Made by a program: the position numbers and the translations under genes. Below the pieces are notes generated by a model, which had not been told where the DNA came from, did not search any database, and saw nothing but the letters and a program-made list of their open reading frames with translations. Positions 1-14,200 of a DNA stretch of 64,000 nucleotides are shown piece by piece (the first letter of the stretch is position 1; the number at the start of each line of letters is the position of its first letter). This stretch comes from the human T2T-CHM13v2.0 reference genome, Homo sapiens: the NCBI RefSeq assembly GCF_009914755.1, contig NC_060925.1. One strand, 5' to 3'.

Positions 1-394
1 GATGAAAGCTGTTGACTTCAGTTGAGAGAGACTTCTGCTGCAATCTGAGGCTGAATGTCAGGAAGGCCATATAAAAGGCAAGGCCTAAGCACAATTTTCT
101 CCAATTTTAAAAACTTGTCAGCAGATACCTCTACAGTAAGAGCAACAGGCTATGAAGACTGGAAACATATTAGCTGTCATCATAAAATAAAGTAAATATG
201 ACATGTTTAGTGATGTCCTATCATTACTATTGTGTAACACCAGAATTAAGCAGTTCACATAATAGCTGAAAGGATATGTTTTGGTTTTTCTGTCCTCTCT
301 TTGCTACCCAGAAGAGTGGTTCCAAATCTCCCCTCTCCCCTAACCCTCGCGGTGTGAAGAACATGACACACTGGACTTGACTAGCAAAATCTAG

Positions 395-570
395 CTTGCG
401 ATTTAACGGTGTGATCCTGGGAAAGTCATGTAATTTTTATTTTGCAGTTTCCTTATCTGCAAAATGGGGATAATATTACTGCTTACCTTTATTGGGTAAT
501 TGTTGAGGATTAAGTGAGATGTTTGTGAAGTGCAAAAAAACCCAGGTGTGTGCAAAGTAAGTGGCTTGTG
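395..570 (+). mobile_element. MIR SINE
   Basis: TGTGATCCTGGGAAAGTCA...CAGTTTCCTTATCTGCAAAATGGGGATAAT...TTGTTGAGGATTAAGTGAGAT. Confidence 0.75.
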
Positions 571-2561
571 AATGTCAACCATTATGACAAAGGGCTTTAC
601 CATATGCCATCTCCCTTCTTGTACAGCAGTGGGAGATTCCCTCCATCCTCCCAATGAATGAATCTCCACCTAAGTATTGCTCTCTTTTGCCAAATCATTC
701 CACCTAATTAGACAAAAATTTTCATGTTAGGATGAAGTCACCAAGTTCAAAAGCCACTTGCTTCTAGTTGTTTTCTGTGAGGAAACCACTACAAAGATAA
801 TACTACATCAGCTAAGTGTACCAGAAAGGCCAACTTTGTTATTTTATGCCCCATATTGTTAGATAAACAGTGACTTGAGTTACAGTACCAGCTTATGAGT
901 GTGACAAAACTGCTTCATAGTATCTGCTGGTTTCTCAAGATGAACCATGATTAAAATGATAAGGGCAGTTTGTAGGGGTGTAACTGCCATATTTATGCCC
1001 TCTGGGATATGAGAACAATCTCTGGGGCTGATCTAAGGTTATCAGCAGCACTGAGACTTTGTTGAGGAATTGGAGCTTTCAACAACGAGGAAAGGTATGA
1101 GTTGTTCATTAAACTGGTAGGATCTTGGCAGGGCAAGGAGATTGCTGACTCTGAGAATAGCAGAGTGGCCCTGCTTTTCTCTTTGAGCACATTATTTCTG
1201 CTAGAGGTTAGACCCCAGTGTTTTTCTACTGGCTTCCTGGAGGAAGAATAAGGGCTGAGCTGTGCACAGCTGCATATCCTGACCTAGCAGCTTCATGGTA
1301 GTACCGGAAACTCCTCACAAGGTCCACTCTGGTCTTCCTCAAGAGCTGGTTATGGGAATTCTCAGGAGAAGAGAGGATACCTGTTATTGTGTAACTTTAG
1401 GTTTAGAGTTACATTTTCCTAAAGACAGATGTATGTTAGAGGTAGAATTTCTTAGACAAAACCAAACCTGCAATTTGCATATTCTGCCAGCAGGTGACAG
1501 CGATATGAAACAAAACACAAGATGTCTTTGCTTCATGTGGGGATCTTTCTGCAAATCCCACAAATGTGTAACTGTTAATTTCAATGATTTATTAAAATAT
1601 TTGCAACTTTTAAATAATATTAATCTGTAAAGTTGAGCAATCTTAAAAAAAAAAAAAAGAACCGTAAATATAATGTGAAATAGTGAATCTGATTTTTGGT
1701 GGTTAGAAATGTATTCCAGTGCTAATCTTATGCCTAATTAATTAGAGCAGGTCTTTGCACACCTGTGGGCTTCAGGCTACGGCCTTTCTCAGGCCGTCTG
1801 CTTCAATTGCACTGGCTTCTCCTTCTCTGATGGCCACTCGCGAGGTGCTTACCATTATAATTGCCGTGTTTTGGAACTCCCATCTCCTTTCTCTAAACAT
1901 TATTATTTATTGAGCCCTTACTTTATACGAGGAACTAAGTGAGATAACTTCATGCCACTTGTCTCATTTCATCCTCATCACCCCAAAGGTTACATGTACT
2001 TACCTCCATTTTACCAACGGGAGACTGAGAGTCAGTGAGTGACTGAGCCCAGACCTGCCTAACTCCCACCGTATGTTCTCCCCACTACCTCCCTCCTCAG
2101 GTTCAGAGAAAAGAAAGTTTGGGGGGTTTCCCCATGCTGTCAGGGGTTTTTCTGCACTGTCCCTACAACATTCAGTTTCTCCTGTCAGAAGGGAGAAATG
2201 CTCTACTTTATCCTTTTTGGAAAATAAGGCAAAGCAGTCCCCCATCCCACCCCCGACCCCACTATTCTTTTATTCTAGGGACTCCCTGAATGAGTGTGCA
2301 TATAATATTTATTTACTGATCCACAGTATTTTGCTGCCAATGGGGCCTTGGAAGGCATTTAATCCAACTCCCTTTCTTTGCAGAAAAATGAAGCAGAAGT
2401 GCAGTGTTGCCCCTAGTCAAGCAACTAGCTAGTGGCAGAGGCAGGACTGCAGCTCAGGTTTCCCATCTTATGGTTGGGCCGAGTACCCCCTAGCTTTTCC
2501 AAATCATTTGAGAGAGTTCTGAAGAAGTGGCCATTTGAAAGACACCAGAACATTAAAGTAG

Positions 2562-2584
2562 TAATAATAATAATAATAATAATA
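2562..2584. repeat. (TAA)n microsatellite
   Basis: About 7 TAA units. Confidence 0.85.
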
Positions 2585-5500
2585 GTAAGTATAAGGTTAA
2601 ACTGACCTAAAAAGACTGGAGCATAAATAGGTAAAAAGGTTAAACTGGCTTAAAAATTTTGACTGGAGCATATGAATTTAATAATACCTCAGTAGGTCAG
2701 ACCAGCATTCATCCACCTAACATTCTGTTCCTGATTGTGGTGTCACAAGGCTCACCGGAGAATATGGGGGATCCATTCGTAACGATAACTTAAAACGATT
2801 AGAAAATGCTCTCTAATGTCCCTTTAATAACTCAATTTATATCTGTCATCCATGATGCTCTCTAAAGGTTCGTGTCTAGAATCTATTGATAATTTCAACA
2901 CATACTGTTTCTAGGAGTAATGATTTTCACACATTTACTACCTACAGCGTAAAGTACTGCTTCCTTTTATTTGTCCTAAAACTATCAAGCTCTTTGGCTC
3001 TGCTCAGCAGGGCAGGATGAGAAGCCTTTAACATCTTTCACCTGAAGAATTATTTTTAAAGAAGCTAATTAAATGTACAATGAAAACAGGTATGTTACTA
3101 TGCAAACACATTAATTAGGTCAATTGTGAGGTCCCTACACGTTCCCTGAAAAAGTTCAGTCCACCTACAGAGGTTAATTTTCCCCAGATGACTTCCAGCT
3201 AGAACTACTTCCATAGGAATTTTCTCTAAACAGCTGTATCAACACGGCTTATAACTGCCTCAGAAGAAAAAGTGAAAAAAAGCAAGACCAGTGGGCAGGA
3301 ATGTATAAACTATAAAGTATAACAGCAATGACATCTTGAAAGCACATTCTTTTGTTTTCAAAGTCCAAAACTCTGAGAACAATTCCTCTTTGGACAAAGG
3401 GTACATTGGTAATGGTTAACCAACTCCAGCATCTAAAGCTAAAGCTGGGAGATGGCATAGCAGGAAGCATCATCCTGATGATGATTCACATCGCACTACC
3501 TGAATCCTTCCACATCAGGATTTACAATGAAAGCGTGTATCATGTATTGCTCCTTGTCTGTTTCACTAGCAATAAGTAACAAGATTCCATTGCTCTTCTA
3601 CTCAGTCCAGTAGCATGAGACATGTTGGGTGAAGACATTCTCCTTAAAGATTCAAAGAAAGGACATAGATAGATAGCACTCTGAGTATTCTTTTGCAGGT
3701 GGGGAAAAGGAGAAAGAACCAAACTAGAGAGAATTCCAAATGGAGCTGTTTCCACCATGGTCTCAGGGTTCTGGACTACCTGCCCCAAACAACACAGGAG
3801 CAGCCATAGCACTTTTAACTCAACACCATGACTTTGTCAACTACGGAAGGGAGGTCTATGCCGAAAGAATTTTTCTTCCTCTGAATAGTCACATTCTGTG
3901 TGTGTTCTGCAAAGATGGTGCAAAAGTTAACAATCCAAGGTATTTTAGAATCAGTACAGACCAGACTTATTTTCCAGAAGTTGGTTTTTGACATATTAAC
4001 AAGAGATCTAGTCTCCTAAGACCTAGAATATCCCCAGGGGTTCCTGCATTCTCAACATGAAGCAGAAGGAACATTGCAAGCCTCAATGCTAACTTTTTTC
4101 AAACAGTTCTTTTAAAGGGGACTTGTCACTCATGAGTATTCTAGGTGGGCTAAGTACAGTGTCTTAAACAAACCTGCCAGTAATTTGCTTGTCTGTGGGA
4201 CCAGCTGGGAACTAGCAAAGGACACTGAGGATGTAACAGAACAAGACTGTATGAATTCTGATGCATGGAGGGTGTCAGAGATTTAATAAGAGTTCAATCT
4301 TTTAGCCATGCCTGAATTCACAGCATGGCTTTTTCCAAGAAGTGCCAAGTGCTTTAAAGATGACACACTAATCTTCACAGAGCCTGGGTGATGGAAAGCC
4401 TGAGCCTGCAGGGACAGGGTGTGAGGGTTGGGGAAGCTGACTTCTAGCTGTGTGCTGGCCCCCGTGAGCGGATCAGTGACGTAGGTAACAGAGCAGCCAT
4501 CTCCAGATGCCTTATCTCTCTGCCCTCACAGCTGCTGCTGTCTCTGCCAACTCTCATTCCAGTGTTATTATGAACCAGGACCCCTTCCTCTTCCCCTCTT
4601 TACAACAGCATAACTTTACCGATAAGTAATGGCAAAAAAATAAAGGCACCAAAGAGCAGATGAACAAGTAAATGGAAACAGGATGATCTACCAAAAAGAA
4701 AAAGCAATGAACTCCTGGAAGGTAACGTTATGAGATGAAAAAATCCACCTCTACCTGAGGCTCCAGGCTACCTTGCCCCTAACTGGGCCGGTGACTCTGA
4801 TTTAGAGCAGTTGCAGCAACACAGCTTGCCTGGATGGTCAATAGTCTAGGCTCCTGCTCAGTTCCTGAGAGGGAAGAGGGTCTAGAAGATGCCTGATGGG
4901 GAGCTCAAGTTGCTGTGTGTTAGCATAATGCCTGGCACACAGTTGTCAAGCACTGACGTCTGCTAACTGAATGCACTCGTATGGCTCATAACTATCATGT
5001 GAGGTAGGTGTTATTACATTCTGTGAGGATACTAAGCTCCTAATGGAAAGAGAAGGGGCCTGAACCTAGATCTTATTTTAGTCCTTTACTTTTCCTACAG
5101 ATCTATAGAAAAGGAGTGTTCCAGGATGACGTGATGTAGAGAGCATGAGGTTGGAAGGGAGGAGACCAGTTTTCTATGCCCAGAATGCTAGACTGGAAAA
5201 AAACTTGGAGAGCTAGTTGAGGAATGGCAAGCAATTTCCTTTTATGTGCTAACCCTGATTTTCAGCAGTGGTTGCTGGCTCCCAGGAGCCCTGTACTGAG
5301 GACTCTGGGCTGCATCTGGCTCAGCAGGACAGTGAGCTATGATCAATTAGCCATGTCTGCCACAGGCATGCAAAGGACTGAAAGGACTAAAGATGTCCAC
5401 CATCCGCCATATTTTCTTTTTCTAGTCCAACCTATTTATTTTATAGATAATAAAATTAAGCATCAGAAAACAGATGTATTCTAAGTTACATAGCAGGACA

Positions 5501-6784
5501 GTAGCTGATATGTGAACCCAGGATTCTTGACTGTAAGTCCAGTACTTTTTTTTTTTTAACTATGTTGGCTATCCTTGTCCTAATACTAGTTATACTATAG
5601 CTCCACAAGTATGGATAAATGTGCTCCCTGTGACTGAGTTTCCTCACCTGCAGATCAGAGGAAATAATTCCTATTTTATCTATCTCACAGAAATACTGAC
5701 AATCAAATAAAATATTAGAATTCCAGAACTTTGAGTTCTGAGGCCATGTTCTTGCTGTTGTACTATGATGTTATTAGTAAATAGATGTGGAAACACTGAA
5801 AAGCATAAGCAGCACTACAAAATGCAGAATAGTACTATGGGAAGTAAGGAGTCTGGGCTCTATCTAGACTCTGCTTCAATTGCTCCATACCTGCAGGCTT
5901 CCTGTCTACATCCCCACATGCAGGAATGCAGGAGGGAACCAAGGTTAACAGCAGAAACAGACCCTGGTCCCCCTGTAGGCAGCTGGTCTCAGGCATGTCT
6001 CAGAACAGAGCAGGTGGCTGGAGGCAAAAAATACTGGCAGGGCAGGGCTTCTGCCCTCTTAGATCTCTCTAGCCCTCCTTCCTGCTCTCACAGTGGGCAT
6101 CCCACTAGTCAATGAGTATGAACTTGTGTTTGGAACCTGGGACACTGCACCTAGACTCTCACCTTTACAGAAAGAGGATGACGGCAGTAGGACCTAGAGG
6201 GGACGGAGGCTGGGTTTCTGGGACTTCAGTTGGTGGTTTCCTCATGTCTGTCTCCTACTTCTGCCCCTCCTCACTCCCCTCATCAAAGGCTTCATCCCCA
6301 ACTCTCCTGTTCTCTGTCTCCTCCTTCTCTTCCTCATGACTCACTCTCTCTGGTCCTTCAAGGAAGTTGCCCACCCCCTGTGTTTCTCTTTCTTCATCCT
6401 CAATATCACAGGGATCTCAAGAAAAAGCAACCCCTCCACCCAGACCCCCACCACAATGCATGTTTCTAAAGTACTATTTTTTAGGTGCCTTTTCATAAGA
6501 ACAGCCCACTGCATCTACCTTATCTCTCTTTTTAGAGTGACAGTTACCATTGAGAGGAGGTCATGATTTGGCTTAGTGGTGTTAGAATAGAGAGATCACA
6601 CATCTTCGCTAGCCTTAGATTCATGGGATTGCTGGGCTAAAAAAACCTAACAAGGTCATTTAGTCTAAGCAGCCACTGGAAGCAGATTTCTAAGTACTAA
6701 ACGTATTCCTGAACACAAAGAGCTCAATAGTTCACAGGCAGCTCGTTTTGAGGGTCCAAGAAGCTCCTCTCCATTGTGTTTGTT

Positions 6785-6922
6785 TTTGAATTGTTTCTGT
6801 TCACTAGAATGTCAACTCCATAAAGGCAACAAGATTTTTGTCTGTTGTATTCATTACTGCATCATTATTGCTTAGAATAGTGCCTTGCACATGGCAGGTA
6901 CTCAAATATTTGTTGAATGAAT
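6785..6922 (+). mobile_element. L2 3' end
   Basis: CACTAGAATGTCAACTCCAT...TAGTGCCTTGCACATGGCAGGTACTCAAATATTTGTTGAATGAAT. Confidence 0.8.
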
Positions 6923-7403
6923 TAATAATTGGTCTTATTTATAACCTGTGGGGCCTTTCAAGATAATCTAATCCTTTTCATCTTCTACATGACAACCCCT
7001 CAAATAATTCCAGACAGTTGTCATGTTCCCTGAGTTGTCTCCCTCCCTGAATATTTTATGAAGAATTTCCAGATCCTTTGTCACATTGGGGTGTTCTCCG
7101 AACGTACTCCAGAATTACAAAGCAGCAAGGGGGACACCAGAAATTTTTCTAGCTAGCCCACACTCTCATTTTACAGACAGGAAAATGGAGGTCCATAAAG
7201 GTATAGCAGCTTTGTTAGAAGGGGAAGCCTAGACTCAGGGTTTTATCTAGTTGGAGATGAGCCAACATAAGAAACTTTGTAGGCAAAACAAATCCCAGAC
7301 CAATACATTTCCCATCATCTTGATGCTGTCCATATCAGTAGAAGAATTCCAAAACAAGTGTCTCCAAGACCAAACCACTGTAGTTTTACATGCAAGCAGA
7401 CTC

Positions 7404-7665
7404 TTTATTCATTCAACAGGCATTGAGAGTACTGTATGTGCTATGAACTATGCTGAATTTTGGGGATACAGAGTTGAAACAAAAGTCTCTACACACTTGA
7501 TACTTACAGTCTAGTGGAGACACCCGAGACAATAATTAAAATTCTATAAAATGGCCATAGTGATAGAGGGGCAGAGTCGAGAGGGAACAGAGAAGGAGCC
7601 CATAAGGCAGCCTTGGGGAGGTGGTGAAGTCTTCCTGGAGGAGGAGGTGGCATTTGAACATCAAC
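7404..7665 (-). mobile_element. L2 3' fragment
   Basis: ATTCATTCAACAGGCATTGAG...TGGGGATACAGAG...CTTACAGTCTAGTGG...CTTCCTGGAGGAGG. Confidence 0.7.
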
Positions 7666-10600
7666 AAGACCAGACGCATCTGGGATGGGTTTGCGACTGG
7701 CTTCAGCACCAACTCTAACACATAGTTCTATAGCTGGCAGAGGAGGCTGCAGGGCTGGTCTTAACCAGACTAATGAATCCCAAAGGCTGTTCTTCCTGTG
7801 GACACGATCAACCAGGTCTGTGCTGCCCCAGAAACAGCACAGTATGGTCTTTTAACCAGAGAGCTGAACCAGAGAGCTCATAAGAGTTGCTTCCTCATGA
7901 AAAAATCCAAGTTTGGCTGTCCTGCTGTGAGGGTGGAGGGAAGAGGCTGGGCTTTCCCACATGCAAAGCCAGGTGGCAGCCTCCCTACTACCACCACCAG
8001 AGGAACCTTGGAGGAAGGATGTGACAAAGGCCACGCAGGATGAGGGAGAGGGTAAAGGCAGGTTTCTGCAGACCTTTTCAGAAGACTGCTTCAAATGAGC
8101 AGGAACGAGCTTAGAGCACACGTTTCTGAAGCCTGCAGCAGGGCTAGACTCTTCTAAGGAATAAGATGGCCTTTCTAACAGTGGCCTGGACATTCCAGGA
8201 GCAGTAGCGTTGCTCTCTACCCCAGCAAGGCTTCAAATGTGCAGGCTACACATTCACTCTTTCCCGTAGCACAATCCACCGCCAACATGCGGCTTCTAAG
8301 CGTCCTGGAGAATGAAGGCTGACTTGCCAGAAAAAGTGAGCCCACAAATGGATGAGGAATCAGCCCCAGCTTGATTGCTGCCTGGGAGGATTTGGATTGG
8401 ATGGTGGAAGTGAATATGTAAACCGAACTCCAGATATTGTTGGGGGCCAGAAACCATGGTCATAAATCTGGGAAGCCAGACAACAGCATTACAGGGCTTC
8501 GGGCCTTCAGGAAACGATAGTTAGGATGACCAATAAATCAGACTTGACTTCTTAACTGAGCCAGAGCAGCGAGAAAGGCACCATCATCTCTGCTTAAGGG
8601 AAAGATGATAAAGCTAATCCAAAGGAGACTTCTGTCTTTTGTGAGGCTGCTGATGCTGAATAAGCCATCAAGGCGTGCCTCAGTTTTCCTTACTGCAAAT
8701 GGTGGGATAAGTGGCTGATTACTAGAAAATAGTGTGGTTTGTTGAGGTTCTCTAAGAAAACACTTGAGGTAAAATACAACAAAGAAGCCTTTTTTGGGGT
8801 TATGATTTGTATCCTCCCTGATCACTGGTCTACCATTGATCTGTACTATGGAGAGGAAGTGACTTGAAGTTTACAAAATGGTTTTCCATAATTCTGGGGC
8901 ATGGGGCAGCAGCAGAAGCTGCTCTCAAAACAACCCTGTGAGGCAGGTAATATTATCATTAGTGCTCAGAGGAACCTGGCAACTTACCTGGAGTTCATAG
9001 CCAGCAAACAGCAGAGCTTTGACTGCAATCCGGTCTTTAAACACCAAAGCCAGGCTGCTGCACTGCCTATGTAAACGAATGCAGCACAATTAGAGGGGCA
9101 TTAATATATCAGAAATGCTCCCCTGACATTAAAGGCCAGGCCAGTGGGCAGGTGGAACCCTCACAAAGGGCTCACCTGCCGTAGTCCAGGAAATATATAT
9201 GAAGTGCGTACTGGGGCAAGGTGCTGTGCTAGGTACTGGGGACAGCAATGTGCAACGTACATAGGTCTGATCTCTGCCCTCATGGTCTCTAGTGGAAGAC
9301 ATAGACAAGATGCATGTACAGTGAGACAAATGGTTGAGAGGGCAGGTGCCAACCCTGACCACACCAGAGGTTTGGGGACATAGAAATCTAAGTGGGTTTT
9401 ACTCCAGTTATCACGCAAGATATTCCTCTCCCTGAACATCTTTATCATAGAGATCATTAAACAACTGAAAAAACAGTTTGGACTACTACTTCTTGTATAC
9501 TCTTCACATAGTTTTGAAACTCCTTTGTCTAAGACAGATTTTCTTAAAGCTATTGTAACTGAGTGTTTACTATGTGCCGGTAGCTAGGCCCATAATAGGT
9601 ACTGAACAGTTGTTAAACTAGTAAATGCAGAATCTTCAAAAAAGCTCTGCAAAGGAGGCATGTTCATACCCATTTTACAGATGAGTAAAGTGTATTCCAG
9701 CTTGGAGGTGATGGGAGGTACGTATCTACGTGAGGCCTGTCAAAGGCTGACTGATAGATAAGTGGCAGTTACCTCTGGTGGCTACCCAATGCACAGTCCA
9801 TCACAGCTTGTGTTGGCTTTTGCATGGACACTGACAGATGCAAAGCTGTATGTGCCAAGAACAGACTAAGAGTGCCCTGGAACTGGAGTAGGGACAGTGC
9901 TCTGGGATGGATGACCATTCATCCATATCATCCAATGCTGGATGAGTACTCATCCATATCATATTGATATGGAGAAAGGGAGGAGGCAGGCTGAGAGATG
10001 CTGGTCCTGCAAAGTTGTGGTGTTCTCTCCTGGTCTTGGAAGGGCATGCCACCTGTGAGAGGTCCCAGGTGTCCTTGCCCTGAGCACAGCTCCTCAATGA
10101 TCAGACTGGCTGTGAAGGTGAGTGGCATGGTGACCAGCCCTGCTCTGACTTGGGACAGTCTGCATGGAAGGGACAGCTGCCTTGTGGAGAGCTATACCCA
10201 GGCAGGTCACTAGGGGACATTATGCAATGGAAAACCATTATTGGGGAGTGGAGGGTTAGACTGCACTTAAAGGAGGTTCTAGTGTCTTGAACCACTAGGG
10301 TCTATTGCAGCTTGAGACTCTGCACCCAAAAATCTACTTCCAACCTAGACTCTCCCAGACTCTCCCTGTGCCCTAAGTCTTCTGGGTGACAGCTACCACC
10401 CAGGCCTGGGAAGACTGCACAGCTGAGGCTAGGACACGGGGCAGCAGCAGAAGCCTGAAGTCCACAGACAGAGTCAGTGGTGCATTAGCACCAGCACTTA
10501 CTGAGCACTGGGCATTGACATATGTATGGTGCACAATGGGATTCCTCCCCTCAAGGATCTTGAGGTCTAAGTGGGAAAAGAGGAAGACTATTTTTATTTG

Positions 10601-11019
10601 AGGATTGACCACAAAACAAAGAAACTGGTTTCGTTTGTGATTTGAGGAATCATTTTCATTACTTCAGGTTTGGGTATAATCTTTATCTCTTCAACCAAAT
10701 TATAAGTTCCTCAAGGGTGGAACCTTGTCTTCTAAGTCTCTTACCCTTACCACTGTAGCACATAAAAGGCCCTCTAGGCACTTTTTAAATGAAATGATGT
10801 ACGGGTAATGGGTCGTAAAAAGTGGGCTAGTCTTAAATCTACTGAATACCACAGGCCTAGAAGGATGAATGGGTTGAAGGGTTAATTAAGAAGGAATTGT
10901 GCTCTTGCCCTGTGTCAGGGCACAGGGTGCAAACATGAGCAGCACATGGTTTCTTAGTTCAGGGAGCTCAGTCCAGAGAGGGCCATGGTTTGGTCAATGG
11001 TACAGTAGTGTAAGAGGCC

Positions 11020-11235
11020 ATAGAGCCCAGTGGTTATGAGTGTAGACTCTGGAGCCAGATCATTTGGGTTCAAATCTCAGCTCTTAGGAGCTGTGAGATG
11101 TTGGGCAAATTAGGTAATTTCTCTATGTCTCAATTTCCTCATCTTTAAGTAGCCATAATAATGACAGTACCCAATATAGGGTTGTTGTGAGGATTAAATG
11201 AGTTAAAACATAAAATATTTGCAAATGTATTAACT
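11020..11235 (+). mobile_element. MIR SINE
   Basis: GTGGTTATGAGTGTAGACTCTGGAGCCAGA...GGGTTCAAATCTCAGCTCT...GGGTTGTTGTGAGGATTAAATGAG. Confidence 0.85.
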
Positions 11236-14200
11236 ATTAATATATAGTAGAGGCTGGGACAGTGGCAGGGAAGAGGCCTAATTCAGACTGGGGGAAGGGT
11301 GCCAGGGAGGGCTCTGGGGAGATACACAGGTGTCTTCTAGGAGAGGAGAGGGTAAGCCTGGCTGGGGAACAGCATATTCAAAAGTCTAGAGGTATCACGG
11401 CTGGGAGCTACATGCCATGTGGTGTAGCTCTGCCCTAGTGCCAAGGAGAGACTGGCAGATGAAGACAGGCCAGAGATGTTTCAGAGATGTTTCTGGTTCC
11501 CTATCTAGGAAAGGTCAGGCCAACAGAGGCTTGGCATTACTTGCTAAGGCGTGTAAATTTCATCTTGAAGGGAATGGGGAACCTTAGGAGGCTTTTAAAT
11601 AGGAGAGGGTGATATTATCAGCTTTCTATTCTGAGTTGCCTACTCGGGCTGTGGTGCAGAGGACAGGTGGTGGAGGGGAAGCATGTGGAACCAGGAGGAA
11701 GAGGGGCCTGACGGGAGGCCATGGCAGTAATGAAGGTGAGAGGCAGTGAGGGTTGCTCTAAGGAAGTGGGGTGGAGAGGGAAGCAGAGATCTGAGAAAGA
11801 TCAAGAGGTTAAACAACAGAACTGCATATACTAAAACACCATAACTGACAATACATTGAGCCCTTAACCACGTGAGCCCCTGTGCCAAACACTTCGCATG
11901 GAGCAACTCTTTTAGTCTTTACCCAAACCCTATGAACCACAGTGTGTGTGAGGGTTGGGGGCAGGATGGGGAGGGAATGTCCCTCCTCCAGAATGTCCTT
12001 AGGAGCTGAAGGACAGATAGATGAGATACAAACTGCTAACACATCTGATGACAATAAAAAAGGAGGGTGGTTTTATTAAGGCGTAAGTAATGATGACGCA
12101 TCCAAAATAGCTGACAAAAGGCACCAGAGAACTCCTGGGCCCAAATTAATGTGGTTCCAGTAACCAGGGTTCCCAGGGATGAAGGGCTTGGTGGGTGCCC
12201 ACTTCAATTATTTAGGAGATGAACGCCAAACTCTAAATTTCCTGTCAGTCTGTTGTGTGTGTGTTAGCGTTTTCACAGATCCCTGCTCAGGCATTTGGAC
12301 TGGGGAGAGCTGTGAGTAAGGCTGGGGAGTGGTGGTGGGGGGGTGGTCTAGAAATGGGCCCGATTTTCCTTATGAATGATCTTGATGTGGGTGTCACAGG
12401 AATGAAATCAACAGATGGCAATACATTTGTAGGAAATGAAAGAGACAGATTTAAATCCAGAATCACAGGAACCCTTAAACTGCTTCTATGCAAGGAAGGC
12501 ATATGAACATTAAATATTTTTGAAAGGATTAGCTCAACTCTGATCTGTCTCTGTCCAAAGGTGGGAGACAGGGATGGGGAGAAAGAGGTTGGTTGTTGTC
12601 CTCATGATGGAGCAGGAAGGATCAGAGAGTAACAGGGTGGGCGGAAAGGGGGGCAGAGTGAGGTCCCCATTCATCTTAAACTGTACTAGCTCTTGACAGA
12701 CAGGGAGTGGGTGGCTGTTTATCTCTCAAACCTCAGCTATTTTCTCCAGCAACAAGGTGTAAACTAACTTTCCTCAAGGCAAAAAATCTTCAGCTGCAAG
12801 AGGGGAAAAGCACATCAAAGGTATAGAGCCCACAAAAGAAGGAGAGACCTGCCACTTAAACCCCCTTTCTGTTCTTTACCATGGCACCTCACCCAGGGGT
12901 TTTGCTGTGAACCCATCAATCTTTCCATAAAAAGGCAACCCACTCCTCTGATTTCCTGTCCATGGAAGGGAGAAGTTTGGGGTTTCTTTGGAAAAGACAG
13001 AGATGGGGTGAGGGTTGGGAGGACTCACCACCACCTACCAGACTTGACTATCATTTTAAAGGATACATCAGTCCCCAGTTCCTTGAATCTCAAACCACAC
13101 CAAAGAAGACAGGTGGGAGGATGGGGGAAATGCCCTCAACTTGGGTCAGGTCTATTCCAGTCATGGTAAAGATTGTACCAACTGGTTGGCCCTGGGACAA
13201 AAAAGCTGAACCCCTCTCAGCTTCTGATATCCACAAACTAAGGAGGCCAAGCACTGCAGGAATCACCATCCCTGCCTCAGACTTCCACCTCTTCCATCAA
13301 AGCTGCTTCCATCAAGTTTATCTTTGCAAGTCAAAGGTGCCTCCTAAACATGGTACCAAAGCAAGATTTTACATGTTGGGTGTGCTTCCACCTGTCTCAC
13401 TTCCCTGCCTGAAGCCTATGTTCCCAGGGTGCATTAGGGCATCCTGTAGGTTGGCACCAGGTGCCATCATGTCAGCAGCACTTTGCCCATGCTTTCAAAG
13501 GGAAAGAGGGCGTTTTGATGGGCAAAGAGGAGGATGTAAGGGCCTGCAAGGTACAGGATATTTGCCTGCCTCTCAGTTGCATGGAGGAGGGGAAGGGATG
13601 AGTCAGATGTTTTCCAAAATTCTCTTCCAGCTGCTTTAGGACTCTAAGACAGGCCACAATGCATTATCTTAGCAAAAATCCAGCAAAACATCTAGTCTTG
13701 GATCTGTAACTTATCAAAGACAATCTCAAGTCAGACACATTTTTGGCATCAAATGAAGCCCATCCACGCAAGCTTTTCAAATGAAAGGTGACTAACACTT
13801 TTTCTTGGTTGGCTGCACATTAAACTGATGTTAAATTCACAACCTGAAGGCCAGTAGTGTGGTAAAGTAAACAAATACTGGATAATGAGTCAGAAGATAC
13901 TGTTTTAGTCTTTTGTCTCCTCCTTCTGGCTTTGGACAATAAATATATTAAGGGGTAAGTTATTGGTCTAAAATTCTCTTTTTTTTATTGTGTCTCTGCC
14001 AGGCTTTGCCCCTTAAGTCTCAGTCTTAGTTCTTTTCATTTGCGAAGGAGAGATGATAGCTTCTCTGCTTCCTCTCACAGCTACTGTGAGGAGCAAAAGA
14101 AATGTGAATGAGAGCACTTTGTAAACTTCTACTACCTGTATGAAGGATGAAGGATGGTTATTATTAACATTGTTTGAAAGGTCCAGAATCTTCCCTGAGG

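Noticed and set aside
6785-7665. Tail-to-tail L2 pair (miR-28/151-type origin)
   Set aside because: About 480 nt apart and too diverged to form a compact pre-miRNA.
11471-11493. Short tandem or near-tandem duplications (also about 16141, 40619, 58003)
   Set aside because: Ordinary 11-13-bp slippage products.
12962-13639. 225-aa + strand ORF
   Set aside because: No recognisable domain or splice and promoter context; antisense in an intron; compatible with chance.
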